Positions 19,928 to 29,315 are shown, counted from the first letter of the stretch. The stretch: DNA of 37,166 nucleotides from a virus (IMGVR_UViG_3300014208_001446:1-37166), one strand, 5' to 3'. Numbers and translations: made by a program. Notes: generated from the letters alone by a model not told the origin.

Positions 19928-20182
19928 TTACCAGCCCATTCTTTTTCGGATCCGTTCAAAATTTTGCTTCACATTGATGATGTAATACGGATCGCCGCTT
20001 ACTTCAATACGAAGAACTGGTAGCCGGTTCACTGCGTTCTCTGGAGATGTTTCGCTCATTGCTCGCAGTAGTGTGATGCGCTCCACATCTATAATCTGTT
20101 TAATTTCCTGATGGCCCAGAAGCGTGTCTGGAGGGTAAGGCATAATCTCGTCTAAAACTTCTTTTACTTGTTGTGCGTTCAT
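19928..20182 (-). CDS. Hypothetical protein
   Basis: ATGA-coupled to the upstream gene; start MNAQQ. Confidence 0.6.
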   Translation of the reverse strand: MNAQQVKEVLDEIMPYPPDTLLGHQEIKQIIDVERITLLRAMSETSPENAVNRLPVLRIEVSGDPYYIINVKQNFERIRKRMGW

Positions 20183-20388
20183 CGATTTGTTTTTAATTTT
20201 AAGTGATTGCATTTTGCTACCCGGAACGAATCGTAGTCCCGGTAGCGATATTTTTTTGAAAGCCGAAACTGTTCGGCTTGGATTTGATATTCAGCTTCAG
20301 TTTGTTCGTATGCCGCTTGATGATTCGGGAGCGTTGCTAATAGCTGAAACCACCTGATAAAATATTCATCCTTCTTCAATAGGTTCAT
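20179..20388 (-). CDS. Small hypothetical protein, possible regulator
   Basis: ATGA-coupled; AYE..E.EY...RY..YDSFR pattern. Confidence 0.55.
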   Translation of the reverse strand: MNLLKKDEYFIRWFQLLATLPNHQAAYEQTEAEYQIQAEQFRLSKKYRYRDYDSFRVAKCNHLKLKTNR

Positions 20389-20936
20389 GTTGTGGTCTCC
20401 TGTTTTATCCAGTTTATTTTTACTCCACATCTTGCAGCGCATGCTACAATCGCGCCGGTGAATGCACGCATGTAAGGAGCGTTTCCTCGCTCATGATCCT
20501 GACTAATACTACCCAGCTCGTCGTAATTATTAGCGCACGCAAGAAGGTCGATTTCAGTATATCCCTTTTTTAGGCAGTAAAACATAGCCAGGTGCAGAAT
20601 GGTCATCCTGTTTGGATAAGCGATATCTTCACCGGCAATAGCTGCTATCACATAGCGCATTGCATAGTCTTCACTGCAATCGTAATTATGCGCTTGGTGC
20701 GGATCGAACCGTATAACATCTAAAAGATCAGGAAACTTGCGACCTTCAAATGTTGGATCAATTCCAATGATATCAAGTATACCAAGATGTATATATGTGT
20801 CATATACTTTTTGGTGACCAGTGAACGCAAACTGTGTATTTCGTTTACTGGCTGCGTAGTTGAGTCCGTAACTGTGATCGTACTCAAACGATGGAAATTT
20901 TTCAAGGGGCTGATCGCCGATAATTGTTGCTTTCAT
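20385..20936 (-). CDS. Hypothetical protein, possibly glycosyltransferase-like (DUF115/GT29-like)
   Basis: ATIIG...YGLNYA and T.LHLAM....KGYTEIDLLAC segments; function weakly supported. Confidence 0.45.
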   Translation of the reverse strand: MKATIIGDQPLEKFPSFEYDHSYGLNYAASKRNTQFAFTGHQKVYDTYIHLGILDIIGIDPTFEGRKFPDLLDVIRFDPHQAHNYDCSEDYAMRYVIAAIAGEDIAYPNRMTILHLAMFYCLKKGYTEIDLLACANNYDELGSISQDHERGNAPYMRAFTGAIVACAARCGVKINWIKQETTT

Positions 20937-22630
20937 ACAAATATTGATTCTATTACAGGTTTTTCATTTGCTTTTACGCTCATATAATGTCCAATAGACA
21001 TAGCTGCGGACACAGGACCGTCTATGGCTTCATGCGCTTTGTCTTTATTGAAGAATAGGTTTCCATGTGGTGTTTTTTGAATCAGCACATTACTCATCAT
21101 CCAGCGCATAACCGGGTGACCACCATGATGTAAGTTGCCCTTTAGAATGAGTGTTTCCATCTCTGAAATGGGTGCACTCATTTCTGTTGGGTTTTGGCGA
21201 AAGGGATTCATTACAATGCCATCCTGGGTGAGTTCGGTTACCAGGGTAACTGCAAACGAACGGTCATAAGCCATAGAGTGGATCACGAACTTTGTAGACA
21301 GATCGTTTATTTCTTTGCGGATATACTGATGGTCAATCGTATCACCATCGGTTAAGTACATGTGGCCGGAGTTGCGCCATTCCAAAAAATTGTTGTAGTG
21401 ATGGCCGGAACGGTTCATTGCTCGTTCTTCCGGAAGCCAGAAATATGGAATGATTTGGAATGTTCCATCGTCCATCGGAAACAACAGTACCAGAGAACTA
21501 AAGTCTCCCGATTTGGACAAATCCAGTCCACCAAAACACTCGCGGCCTAACAGTTTTTCCTCATCTACCACGCCCGCGGATCTCATCCATTTAGTATCCG
21601 TGATCCATGACTTGGCAGTATCCGTCCAGATAGAAAGCATCTTTGTTTTAAAATCGACTTCCTTAGATGCTGAGCGGATAGCTGCTTTATATTCTGAACG
21701 CACCCCAGCTCGTAGTTCTGGATTTGAGTACCATAACGGGTGCGCCTTGGGCCAGTTCTTTTCGTTTTTCCATCCATTGCCTTCGAAATCTTTATCATCC
21801 AGAGTGAAGATCATAATGAACAGCGTCTCATCATGAGTAATCCCCTTGAGTACATTAATACAATCCTGTCGGTACCGGTAGCAGGGTACCTTTCGTGAAA
21901 CCCCGGCTGTGGTAATTCGAATTACCAGTGGTTGAGTCCGGGTGATAGATCCGGATACCAAGTTATTGATTAGCTCATCTGTTTTGTGTACGTGGTATTC
22001 ATCAACTATTGCACAATGAGCGTTCTTTCCTTCAGCTGTGTCCGCATCACCTGGCAATGCTTTGAAGAAGGCGCCGATTTTATCATAGTTCAGTTGGTAT
22101 TGTGACTTGGTGATTCGAGGATTGTTGTTTGTATCTGTTTGCAGCCATGGCGATTTTTGCCACATCTTAACGGCTGCTTTCTGGAATACTTCGTTCGCCT
22201 GTTCTGAAGTTGTGGCCGCTGAATAAATTTCAGCTCCTGCCTCTTGGTCTAAAATCATCATTGCAAGAGCGATGGCGGCGGCAAGCGTAGACTTCGCATT
22301 CTTCTTGGCCATTTCAATATAAGCATGCCGGAACCTGCGAGCTCCGGATTGCTTAATTTTCCATCCAAACAAATTCCATATGATAAACTTCTGCACTGGT
22401 TCGAGTTTTAAAAGCCTTCTTTCGTTGGCTGGTTGACCTTTAACGTGAGGGAGCATCTCAATAAAAGCGATGTATACGGTGGCGGCTGCTTCATCAAAAT
22501 ACCATCCTTGTTTTTTGGCGTTTTGCAAATCCGACTTATATCGCCTGATGGCCATTTTAATGTGCTGGCAGGAAATGATCTTCCCGGATAAAACGTCCTT
22601 GCAGTATTGATCGATCTCATCTTTTACCAT
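20933..22630 (-). CDS. terL: Terminase large subunit
   Basis: AKKNAKS Walker A, IVDEYH Walker B, ITTAG, GGLDLS, IDG. Confidence 0.96.
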   Translation of the reverse strand: MVKDEIDQYCKDVLSGKIISCQHIKMAIRRYKSDLQNAKKQGWYFDEAAATVYIAFIEMLPHVKGQPANERRLLKLEPVQKFIIWNLFGWKIKQSGARRFRHAYIEMAKKNAKSTLAAAIALAMMILDQEAGAEIYSAATTSEQANEVFQKAAVKMWQKSPWLQTDTNNNPRITKSQYQLNYDKIGAFFKALPGDADTAEGKNAHCAIVDEYHVHKTDELINNLVSGSITRTQPLVIRITTAGVSRKVPCYRYRQDCINVLKGITHDETLFIMIFTLDDKDFEGNGWKNEKNWPKAHPLWYSNPELRAGVRSEYKAAIRSASKEVDFKTKMLSIWTDTAKSWITDTKWMRSAGVVDEEKLLGRECFGGLDLSKSGDFSSLVLLFPMDDGTFQIIPYFWLPEERAMNRSGHHYNNFLEWRNSGHMYLTDGDTIDHQYIRKEINDLSTKFVIHSMAYDRSFAVTLVTELTQDGIVMNPFRQNPTEMSAPISEMETLILKGNLHHGGHPVMRWMMSNVLIQKTPHGNLFFNKDKAHEAIDGPVSAAMSIGHYMSVKANEKPVIESIFV

Positions 22631-23084
22631 GTAGCTGTTGAAGCATCGCCTCGATTGGATCTGATTTTGCTTTGTCCTTTGGCGGGGTTATGTATGGACG
22701 ATCGGCTGGTGTTAATCCGAACTTTGCCCCAATTGCAACAGCTTGTTTCAGTACAGAGTTTGCCAGGTAAACTTTTGGGTTAATCATTTTTCCTTTCATC
22801 ATTCCCTCTTTGGTATACTCATCCACCAGCTGTCGGTAAAGTCCAATTTGACCGCAGTACATTTCAAAAATGGTTTTGTCGCACTGGGCAAAAATCCCGG
22901 ACTCAACCAAACCAAAGATTTGATTACTCCATTCTTGTTTTCCGTATTCGTTTAGCTTATCGGGAGCAAGTGGAACAACAGAAACAGCAGGAAGTTCAAG
23001 CTCTGGTTTATCCCGATGCTTTCGTAAAGTGCCCTGAGCCTCTTTTACTTTTCGTGGTTTTTTTGGTTTACCTCGAGTTGCCAT
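22617..23084 (-). CDS. terS: Terminase small subunit (P27-like)
   Basis: RGKPKKP...GT.R N-terminus; INP...FGLTPADR. Confidence 0.9.
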   Translation of the reverse strand: MATRGKPKKPRKVKEAQGTLRKHRDKPELELPAVSVVPLAPDKLNEYGKQEWSNQIFGLVESGIFAQCDKTIFEMYCGQIGLYRQLVDEYTKEGMMKGKMINPKVYLANSVLKQAVAIGAKFGLTPADRPYITPPKDKAKSDPIEAMLQQLHGKR

Positions 23085-23333
23085 GCTGCTGACTTAAATA
23101 CCCCCCTTTGAATATTGGCTGCATATGAATAAAACTAAACATGCCGTTACAAAACAGATGATTGCGGTAATAGAAACCCCCTACCCCCCTAAGGAATACG
23201 GTTCACTTCGATTATATTGTATTGGTTAGGAACGGTGATTCGGAGAAGAACTGTGTAGATTGGTAAATTCCTTTTAGTACATCGGCTTCTCTTCGAAGAC
23301 GCTTTGCTTTCTTTTGATTCATGTTCGTGTGAT

Positions 23334-23657
23334 TTATGGTTGATTGCGTGCTCGTGCATTTCTCTCTCGTGCCGACTTTGAGTTGTGACAGCTATTACAT
23401 AACCTGTGCAGGTTTTCCCGTGCCCATGGATCACCACCGTCTTCAATTGCTTTGTCGTGATCGGTTACTTCACCTGGGACCGCACGTCCTTCTTTTCTGC
23501 ATTCAGAACACAATGGTTCTTCCAAGGCTACTTGCTTACTCAGCTTACGCCATGCCGGAGAGTTATAATTGAATTTGGATTTATCGCGATACCAACGCTC
23601 ATGAGGTTGTGGAGGCGTATACCACGGTTTTGGTAGTGGTTTTGGCTGCGTTGGCAT
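23334..23657 (-). CDS. HNH endonuclease (packaging-associated)
   Basis: PLCSEC, TDH, NL..LCNSCHNSK; upstream of terS. Confidence 0.92.
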   Translation of the reverse strand: MPTQPKPLPKPWYTPPQPHERWYRDKSKFNYNSPAWRKLSKQVALEEPLCSECRKEGRAVPGEVTDHDKAIEDGGDPWARENLHRLCNSCHNSKSARERNARARNQP

Positions 23658-23680
23658 GGACAGTAATTATTTGTGTAGAA

Positions 23681-23688
23681 CAAATATA
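23681..23688 (-). promoter_or_regulatory. -7 box of a putative late promoter
   Basis: TATATTTG on the minus strand, 23 nt upstream of the HNH start. Confidence 0.5.
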
Positions 23689-23744
23689 TGTCCAATAGAC
23701 ATTATTAATAGTCAAGGTAATCGCTATTCTTATCAACTAATTAT

Positions 23745-24011
23745 TCACACACGCTTTTCCTGCTGATACCTACTACACGCTGGCCAGTTTACCCGGTGAT
23801 CGGTTGCGGGACCGTTTGTAATTCCTCTCAGTTCGCATTTGTAATACCTGTTGGCTGATTGGTTATAGCATAGATGCTTGCATGTTTTACACCTTGCACC
23901 TTCAGGCCCAGGACCCAGTCGAAGCATCGGGTTGGTCTTTGGTGTTCCAGAGCTATTTTTAATTACCGGACCGGGCAGGTTATTTCCGAAGAGGTCAATG
24001 TCGGCGCTCAT
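23745..24011 (-). CDS. Small Cys-rich (Zn-binding?) protein
   Basis: CKTCKH...KC...PAC. Confidence 0.65.
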   Translation of the reverse strand: MSADIDLFGNNLPGPVIKNSSGTPKTNPMLRLGPGPEGARCKTCKHLCYNQSANRYYKCELRGITNGPATDHRVNWPACSRYQQEKRV

Positions 24012-24187
24012 TGTTCTTTAGTTGATGGGATAAGTACATCCCCGTTTTCGTAAAGCCTGTCAATTATAAGATCAGCAAGGGAAACCATTTTGACTAATAC
24101 CTCTTGGTCTAATTCCCCATCGTTAAACAGGATAGCCAAGCCTACTACTTGATCGTCTGTTGGTCGTTTGAATCTTTCTGCGCTCAT
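24008..24187 (-). CDS. Hypothetical protein, 59 aa (not in the ORF track)
   Basis: MSAERFKRPTDDQVVGLAILF...PSTKEQ*; ATGA overlap with the next gene. Confidence 0.65.
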   Translation of the reverse strand: MSAERFKRPTDDQVVGLAILFNDGELDQEVLVKMVSLADLIIDRLYENGDVLIPSTKEQ

Positions 24188-24228
24188 TGTTCTGGTTCTT
24201 TTAGTAGTTAATTCCTTTGTTCGGTACG

Positions 24229-24555
24229 CTATGCGACCTGTCCAGTTGCTTTTCGTATGGCTGCCCTTGCAACCAACACAGCTTTTTTATCCCAAGTATC
24301 AGAAACTACTATTCTGCTAAGTAATTGGTCAACGGCTTCAAATAAATCTGGTGCTGCTGCCATCATTCGGGCATTTGCTTCTCTTTCCTCAATTGGTAGG
24401 TCTTTTGAAATTACAGCCACCTTTTTGCCATTGCAATAAATATCCGGCAGCGGGAATAGTCTTCCTACATACCAGTCACCTTTCGAGAAGCACGAACCGC
24501 TAACAGCACCTTGCTGCAATGCAGGCTTTTCTTCATTCAATTTTTCAGTTTCCAT
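24229..24555 (-). CDS. Hypothetical protein
   Basis: EANARMMAAAPDL motif common in phage early proteins. Confidence 0.75.
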   Translation of the reverse strand: METEKLNEEKPALQQGAVSGSCFSKGDWYVGRLFPLPDIYCNGKKVAVISKDLPIEEREANARMMAAAPDLFEAVDQLLSRIVVSDTWDKKAVLVARAAIRKATGQVA

Positions 24556-24566
24556 TGTCGTATTGG

Positions 24567-25349
24567 TTATCTCCTTCTATCAATGTAAGAATCCTTGTTG
24601 CTTCCAATTCCGATCACGTTGCACATCTGCTCCAGTCTGGACCGTACTCTTGGATCGTACCGCTTTTCGATTTCGTCCATAGTAAGATTGGTGGTCGCAC
24701 AGGTGATCAGTCCGTGATCCACAAAATGATCGTACCGCTCAGTGATGATATCCTTCATAACCTCACGATAGTTGCCATAGTGATTCTTCGGCTCTTCATT
24801 CCCTAGATCATCAAAACATACATGGGAAAGTACTGGCCTTCCGTAATCGAACGTAACAGCCCTTGTGGTGTATTTTTCGATGTAGTGATCTCCTTTGGCT
24901 TGATACTGCTTTGCAACAGCTTCACAAGTTGTAAACGTAAACTTGCGGAATAAAACCCGGTACTCGTCATGCTGCAGGAGTGTCCTGTGTGTTCTGAATA
25001 AAATGGACTTTCCGGATCCAACGTTACCCCGGAGCATGATTCCTTTGCGCGGATCCATCCCCAGTTCTATCATCCGTGCTGTGTTACAGCTTGCCCAAGC
25101 GATGTACATATCGATCGGTGTCTGGTTCTGCTCGTCGATGACAAGCTGCTTACCCGATTCTTTTGCGACCTGTGCAACCAATACCCGCATGAATATTCTC
25201 CACGCTGTGCGATAACGGTCTACCTGCTCAGGTGTCAAAGCAAGTTGCTGCTGATCACGTTCCGAGTTTGTGTCCGTCGTTGAAGTTTTTTGGTGCGCCT
25301 GTTCCGACTGATTGAAGTCTACCAGGTCGCTGAGTTTCTTTGGTTCCAT
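24567..25349 (-). CDS. DnaC/IstB-like AAA+ helicase loader
   Basis: GNVGSGKS, FDDLGNE, TTNL, RSRL.QM. Confidence 0.88.
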   Translation of the reverse strand: MEPKKLSDLVDFNQSEQAHQKTSTTDTNSERDQQQLALTPEQVDRYRTAWRIFMRVLVAQVAKESGKQLVIDEQNQTPIDMYIAWASCNTARMIELGMDPRKGIMLRGNVGSGKSILFRTHRTLLQHDEYRVLFRKFTFTTCEAVAKQYQAKGDHYIEKYTTRAVTFDYGRPVLSHVCFDDLGNEEPKNHYGNYREVMKDIITERYDHFVDHGLITCATTNLTMDEIEKRYDPRVRSRLEQMCNVIGIGSNKDSYIDRRR

Positions 25350-26109
25350 CGTAATGAAGTTTTTGCTGTTTTTTTACCAGAAGGAAGAATGAGTTTGTGA
25401 AGTGCTTCTCGTTGTTGAACTGCGTGAAGCTCTGGGTGTCGAAGTCCGCATGAAGGGCCTCGATGTTTAGGTTTCGACCAAGGATTGCCTGATCGTAAAA
25501 GTTGCGGTGATGCTTTTGGATGTACTGAGAAGGGGGGAGTGTGGATAGGATGTCGAGTCCGATACGTGTCGCAAATTCTGTCGGAAGTGGAACGGGACCC
25601 TTTCCCCCCACACCCCCTAATCCCTTTTCAATTTCATTTGCAGTTTCATTTTCATATTCAGAGTTTGCTACGCTTTTTGCTATAGCGTTTGCTTGAGCAA
25701 AATTTTGTTCTGAATGATTTTTAACTGAGGCCGATTTGTCACCGCCTTTTTTTCCTGACCTTGCTCGTATCTCGCTAATTTCATTATCCTTCACCATTCG
25801 CTTTTGGATTAGCATATCACCCTCCACCAGTAGAACTCTTTCATCTACCAGCTCCGCAAGTGATTTCTTCACGGTATGGAATTCGTAAGGCATCTGTTTA
25901 GCAAGTACAGCTGCGAAATTTTCAATTTGCTCGTCCTTTTGCTTGTGCTTTTGCTTGAGCAAAATCCGGCCATATTGTTCTGACTTGTGCATCAGACAGA
26001 GAATCCGGATATACACACCCGTTGTCTCTGCTGAGCACTGAGCCAGTTTTTCGTCGGTCAGGAAATCCTGAACGTACAGTGGGAGATATGGTTGATCGCG
26101 TAGGGCCAT
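25255..26109 (-). CDS. Phage replication initiator (YdaU/DUF1376-like N-terminus)
   Basis: PYLPLYVQDFL...GVYIRILC N-terminus, low-complexity linker, precedes the loader. Confidence 0.75.
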   Translation of the reverse strand: MALRDQPYLPLYVQDFLTDEKLAQCSAETTGVYIRILCLMHKSEQYGRILLKQKHKQKDEQIENFAAVLAKQMPYEFHTVKKSLAELVDERVLLVEGDMLIQKRMVKDNEISEIRARSGKKGGDKSASVKNHSEQNFAQANAIAKSVANSEYENETANEIEKGLGGVGGKGPVPLPTEFATRIGLDILSTLPPSQYIQKHHRNFYDQAILGRNLNIEALHADFDTQSFTQFNNEKHFTNSFFLLVKKQQKLHYDGTKETQRPGRLQSVGTGAPKNFNDGHKLGT

Positions 26110-27881
26110 TATGCTACTCCCATTAATAAATGTGATTCATACAGAGCTTCTGCCCATGCTTTAACTACTACAGGTACTACTGAGTTGCCGATATACTTCT
26201 TCTGCTGTGCCTGAGTGCCTTTGAGTATATACCCGGTAGGAAATCCCTGTATTCTTAGCAGTTCATCAATTTTCAGCATGCGCATGTATATATCGATGAT
26301 TCCGTACATGGCCATGAACTCCTTGATCTTCCGTGTGAACTCGCTATCGGTTTCGTAAATAATGATTACAGCTTCTCCGGTTTGGGATGAAACCATGTAG
26401 ATAGGAGTTTTGTCCTGCCGTGCGATGATGGTAGGGGATGGGTCGTTGATATCGATTGCTCCCATATTGAACCACGCCGGGTTAATCAGGTAATGAGTTC
26501 GAACGGATGTGATGGTAGGGGATGGGTTTGATGCATCAACTGGAGGAGCAGTTGAGCTATTCATGTTTATCAGGTATGGCCATTTCCTATTCGCTGTAAT
26601 CGTGTTTGCCGGCTTATTGATATCAGAACCCACATTGTTGAAACGCGTGTCCATAATATACGGATCAACGCTAACCAGATTCATTTTTGGAGATGGCATT
26701 ACTGCTCCTGCCGGAACATCGATACTTTGTTTTTCTCCACCATTTGTAAAATCCCGCATGATGAATTGTGGTTGAACAAGAGCAGCTCCATCTTTTGTTC
26801 GAAGTGTAGGCGATGGATTATTGATATCCGTACAATTGTGGCCATTGCCATAGTAAGCAGCAATAAATGCAGGTGTAACTACTGCGTGCCTGTCTTTTGT
26901 CGTTAATGCTGGATTTGGGTTATCAATGGAATCTGCCTTTGATGAATGGTGATAGTTCACCATAAATTTAGGTTGAACCAACGATTCGTGCGGAATGGTT
27001 GTAACAGTTCCAACCGGTGAATTGATGGACGAGTTTTTATATTCCGGCTTACCTGAATAGTACTTTGAGATAAACGCTTCCTTACCACCCGCCACGAATT
27101 TTATCAAGCCTTCATAAATCCGTTCCAATGTTTTTTCTGAAAGCGGTTTTTTACGTTGGAAGATCGACACCCCTTTATCTTCAAGATTCAGAACTTCTCG
27201 GACCGGCTTCCATTTTTCTTTGTTCTCAGCAAAGAATCCTATTTCCGGCTTCCTTGCATGCGTTGGATGAGGAAATACAATAGGAAGTCCGGATGCAGCA
27301 AACAATCCAAAGTATCGTTTGCGTGATGTATAGGCACCATAGTCAGCAGCATTCAACTCTTTCCACTCGTACTCATATCCACCATTCAATGATTTCATGG
27401 TATTTACCCAACGCATGTAATCAATTCCACATTTTCGACTGATCGGCCGTCCGGTTTCATCCAGTGGTCCCCAGCTCATAAACTCAACCACATTTTCAAT
27501 CCCTACATAATCCGGTTGTAATGCTTCAACATACCATGGCATATAATCGGCAAGGCTACGGCTATCAGCATTTCGTGGTAATCCACCTTTAGCCTTACTG
27601 AAATTCGTACATTCAAGAGAAGCCCAAAGCATTACCAGGGCATCCGGATATTGAATCTTAGCAACACGAAGGATATCCTGCAGGTGTTGCATGTCAATGC
27701 ACTTTATGTCTTCAGTAAAATGGAGTGCGTCCGGGTGGTTTGCTTCGTGGCTTGCGATGGCCATTTCATCATGGTTTACACAGGCTATAACTTTGGACAC
27801 TTTTTGTCCAAAACTCTCAGCTTGTTCAAATCCGGTTGTTACACCACCGGCCCCACAGAAAAGGTCTATAACTAAAATCAT
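26109..27881 (-). CDS. DNA cytosine-5 methyltransferase with repeated variable region
   Basis: DLFCGAGG, SLEC, ENV, R.R.F, RIQGFP, IGNSV; no partner endonuclease adjacent. Confidence 0.92.
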   Translation of the reverse strand: MILVIDLFCGAGGVTTGFEQAESFGQKVSKVIACVNHDEMAIASHEANHPDALHFTEDIKCIDMQHLQDILRVAKIQYPDALVMLWASLECTNFSKAKGGLPRNADSRSLADYMPWYVEALQPDYVGIENVVEFMSWGPLDETGRPISRKCGIDYMRWVNTMKSLNGGYEYEWKELNAADYGAYTSRKRYFGLFAASGLPIVFPHPTHARKPEIGFFAENKEKWKPVREVLNLEDKGVSIFQRKKPLSEKTLERIYEGLIKFVAGGKEAFISKYYSGKPEYKNSSINSPVGTVTTIPHESLVQPKFMVNYHHSSKADSIDNPNPALTTKDRHAVVTPAFIAAYYGNGHNCTDINNPSPTLRTKDGAALVQPQFIMRDFTNGGEKQSIDVPAGAVMPSPKMNLVSVDPYIMDTRFNNVGSDINKPANTITANRKWPYLINMNSSTAPPVDASNPSPTITSVRTHYLINPAWFNMGAIDINDPSPTIIARQDKTPIYMVSSQTGEAVIIIYETDSEFTRKIKEFMAMYGIIDIYMRMLKIDELLRIQGFPTGYILKGTQAQQKKYIGNSVVPVVVKAWAEALYESHLLMGVA

Positions 27882-27889
27882 ATTGTTTT

Positions 27890-28189
27890 TTAAGTGAAAA
27901 TGAACCGATCGTTCTCGGTGACTATGGTTGTGATAAAAGGGAACTTGTCCTGTGGAACTTGTGATATCATATCCTGAAGCATTCTGGAACCGGTGAATAT
28001 GATATGGTGATCTCCATTAAGTCTTATCTGGAGACACAAACAATCACCTTTACCGTCAAACTTTGAAGACTCCACCTTGAATCCGAGAACTTCAATTTCC
28101 CGATTCAGGACCTTTTGAATACGGATTTTATCCCCAATGAAACTGGGTAACGTCGGTTTTATATTAAGCTCTTTGAAATTAACGGCCAT
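27890..28189 (-). CDS. 99-aa RT-coupled protein, putative DGR accessory factor
   Basis: Start MAVNF overlaps the RT end by 11 nt; beta-rich, unlike helical Avd. Confidence 0.6.
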   Translation of the reverse strand: MAVNFKELNIKPTLPSFIGDKIRIQKVLNREIEVLGFKVESSKFDGKGDCLCLQIRLNGDHHIIFTGSRMLQDMISQVPQDKFPFITTIVTENDRFIFT

Positions 28190-29135
28190 GGGTAAGTGTA
28201 TTGAATAAGTTACGACCATCACAATGTTGTATCCAGCCATTGTATGATGCAATTGAGGCGCGGGTGCGATTTGATTTTAACATCCGGGCGAATCTTTGTT
28301 TGATTGATTTACGAAGGCTGGTATGGATATGGTAATGTACGTACCCCACAAAGTCTACACCCCGGGCTTGAACCGGAAACACCTGATAGTTTTCTTTCAA
28401 ACTAAGCTTCAACTGGTGGGCGGTATATGCTTTAACCTTCTCCAGTATCTTATGCAGCGAATCTTTGTCAGCAGAAAAGAACACCATGTCGTCCAAATAC
28501 CGGAAGTAATGTTTTACCCCCAGCTGCTCCTTAATCCAATGGTCCATCCCGGACAAATAGAAGTTGGCAAAATATTGACTCAGGTAGTTTCCAATAGGTA
28601 GGCCTGGTGCCGAGTCGATAATTTCATCCAGTAGCCACAGAAGATCCTTGTCCTTAATCTTTCGGCGAATCAGGACCTTTAAAACCTGATGGTCTACATT
28701 GGGATAGTACTTTTTGATATCAATCTTCAGGCAATAACGGGTTTGGACTTCATCCCTGAGTGCCCTTCTTACTGCAAAGGATGCCGCATGTATTCCACGA
28801 CCCTTAATGCAGCTGAACGTATCAGCGGTGAAAGATGCGACAAATACAGACTCCAAAATATTCATGATGGCATGGTGTACAATACGATCAGGAAAGAAAG
28901 GGAGGCGGTATACCTCCCTCTCTTTTGGTTCATAAACTTTAAATGTTGTATATCCAGATGTGCTATAAGTTTTGTCGATCAGCATATTTTGTAAACGAAT
29001 CAGATTGCATCCCCGCTGCCGGTCATGAATCTTAACTCCGTACTGATCCGACTTACCCTTGCGGGCTTTCTTATCAGCCAGTACCAGATTATTCATACTT
29101 ATGATTCGTTGGTATATATTGCTTAATCGTTTCAT
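28179..29135 (-). CDS. DGR reverse transcriptase (318 aa)
   Basis: PKERE, DRIVHHA, KIDIKKYY, GLPIGNYLSQ, RYLDD, DFVGY; no intron X/En domains; TR directly upstream. Confidence 0.95.
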   Translation of the reverse strand: MKRLSNIYQRIISMNNLVLADKKARKGKSDQYGVKIHDRQRGCNLIRLQNMLIDKTYSTSGYTTFKVYEPKEREVYRLPFFPDRIVHHAIMNILESVFVASFTADTFSCIKGRGIHAASFAVRRALRDEVQTRYCLKIDIKKYYPNVDHQVLKVLIRRKIKDKDLLWLLDEIIDSAPGLPIGNYLSQYFANFYLSGMDHWIKEQLGVKHYFRYLDDMVFFSADKDSLHKILEKVKAYTAHQLKLSLKENYQVFPVQARGVDFVGYVHYHIHTSLRKSIKQRFARMLKSNRTRASIASYNGWIQHCDGRNLFNTLTHGR

Positions 29136-29243
29136 TCTTTGCTGTCCTGGTCTTCTTCTCGGCCATATGGCCAATACCAAAGCCCATTCTTTATAGGTTT
29201 ATTTTTTGCACTGATGGCACGGTTTATAGGGTAAATTCTATCA

Positions 29244-29315
29244 GCATAACTGGGAACTGACATTCGAATTCGAGTTATCGTTATCGTAGTCGTTGTACGA
29301 GACACTGGAGCCTGA
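29244..29315 (-). repeat. DGR template repeat (TR), 72 bp, 20 adenines
   Basis: TCAGGCTCCAGTGTCTCGTACAACGACTACGATAACGATAACTCGAATTCGAATGTCAGTTCCCAGTTATGC; intergenic, AAC/AAT-rich. Confidence 0.95.

Noticed and set aside
28179-29135. RT as group II intron, retron or Abi RT
   Set aside because: No maturase/endonuclease extension; LPIGN..SQ motif and adjacent TR/VRs with A-specific mismatches indicate a DGR
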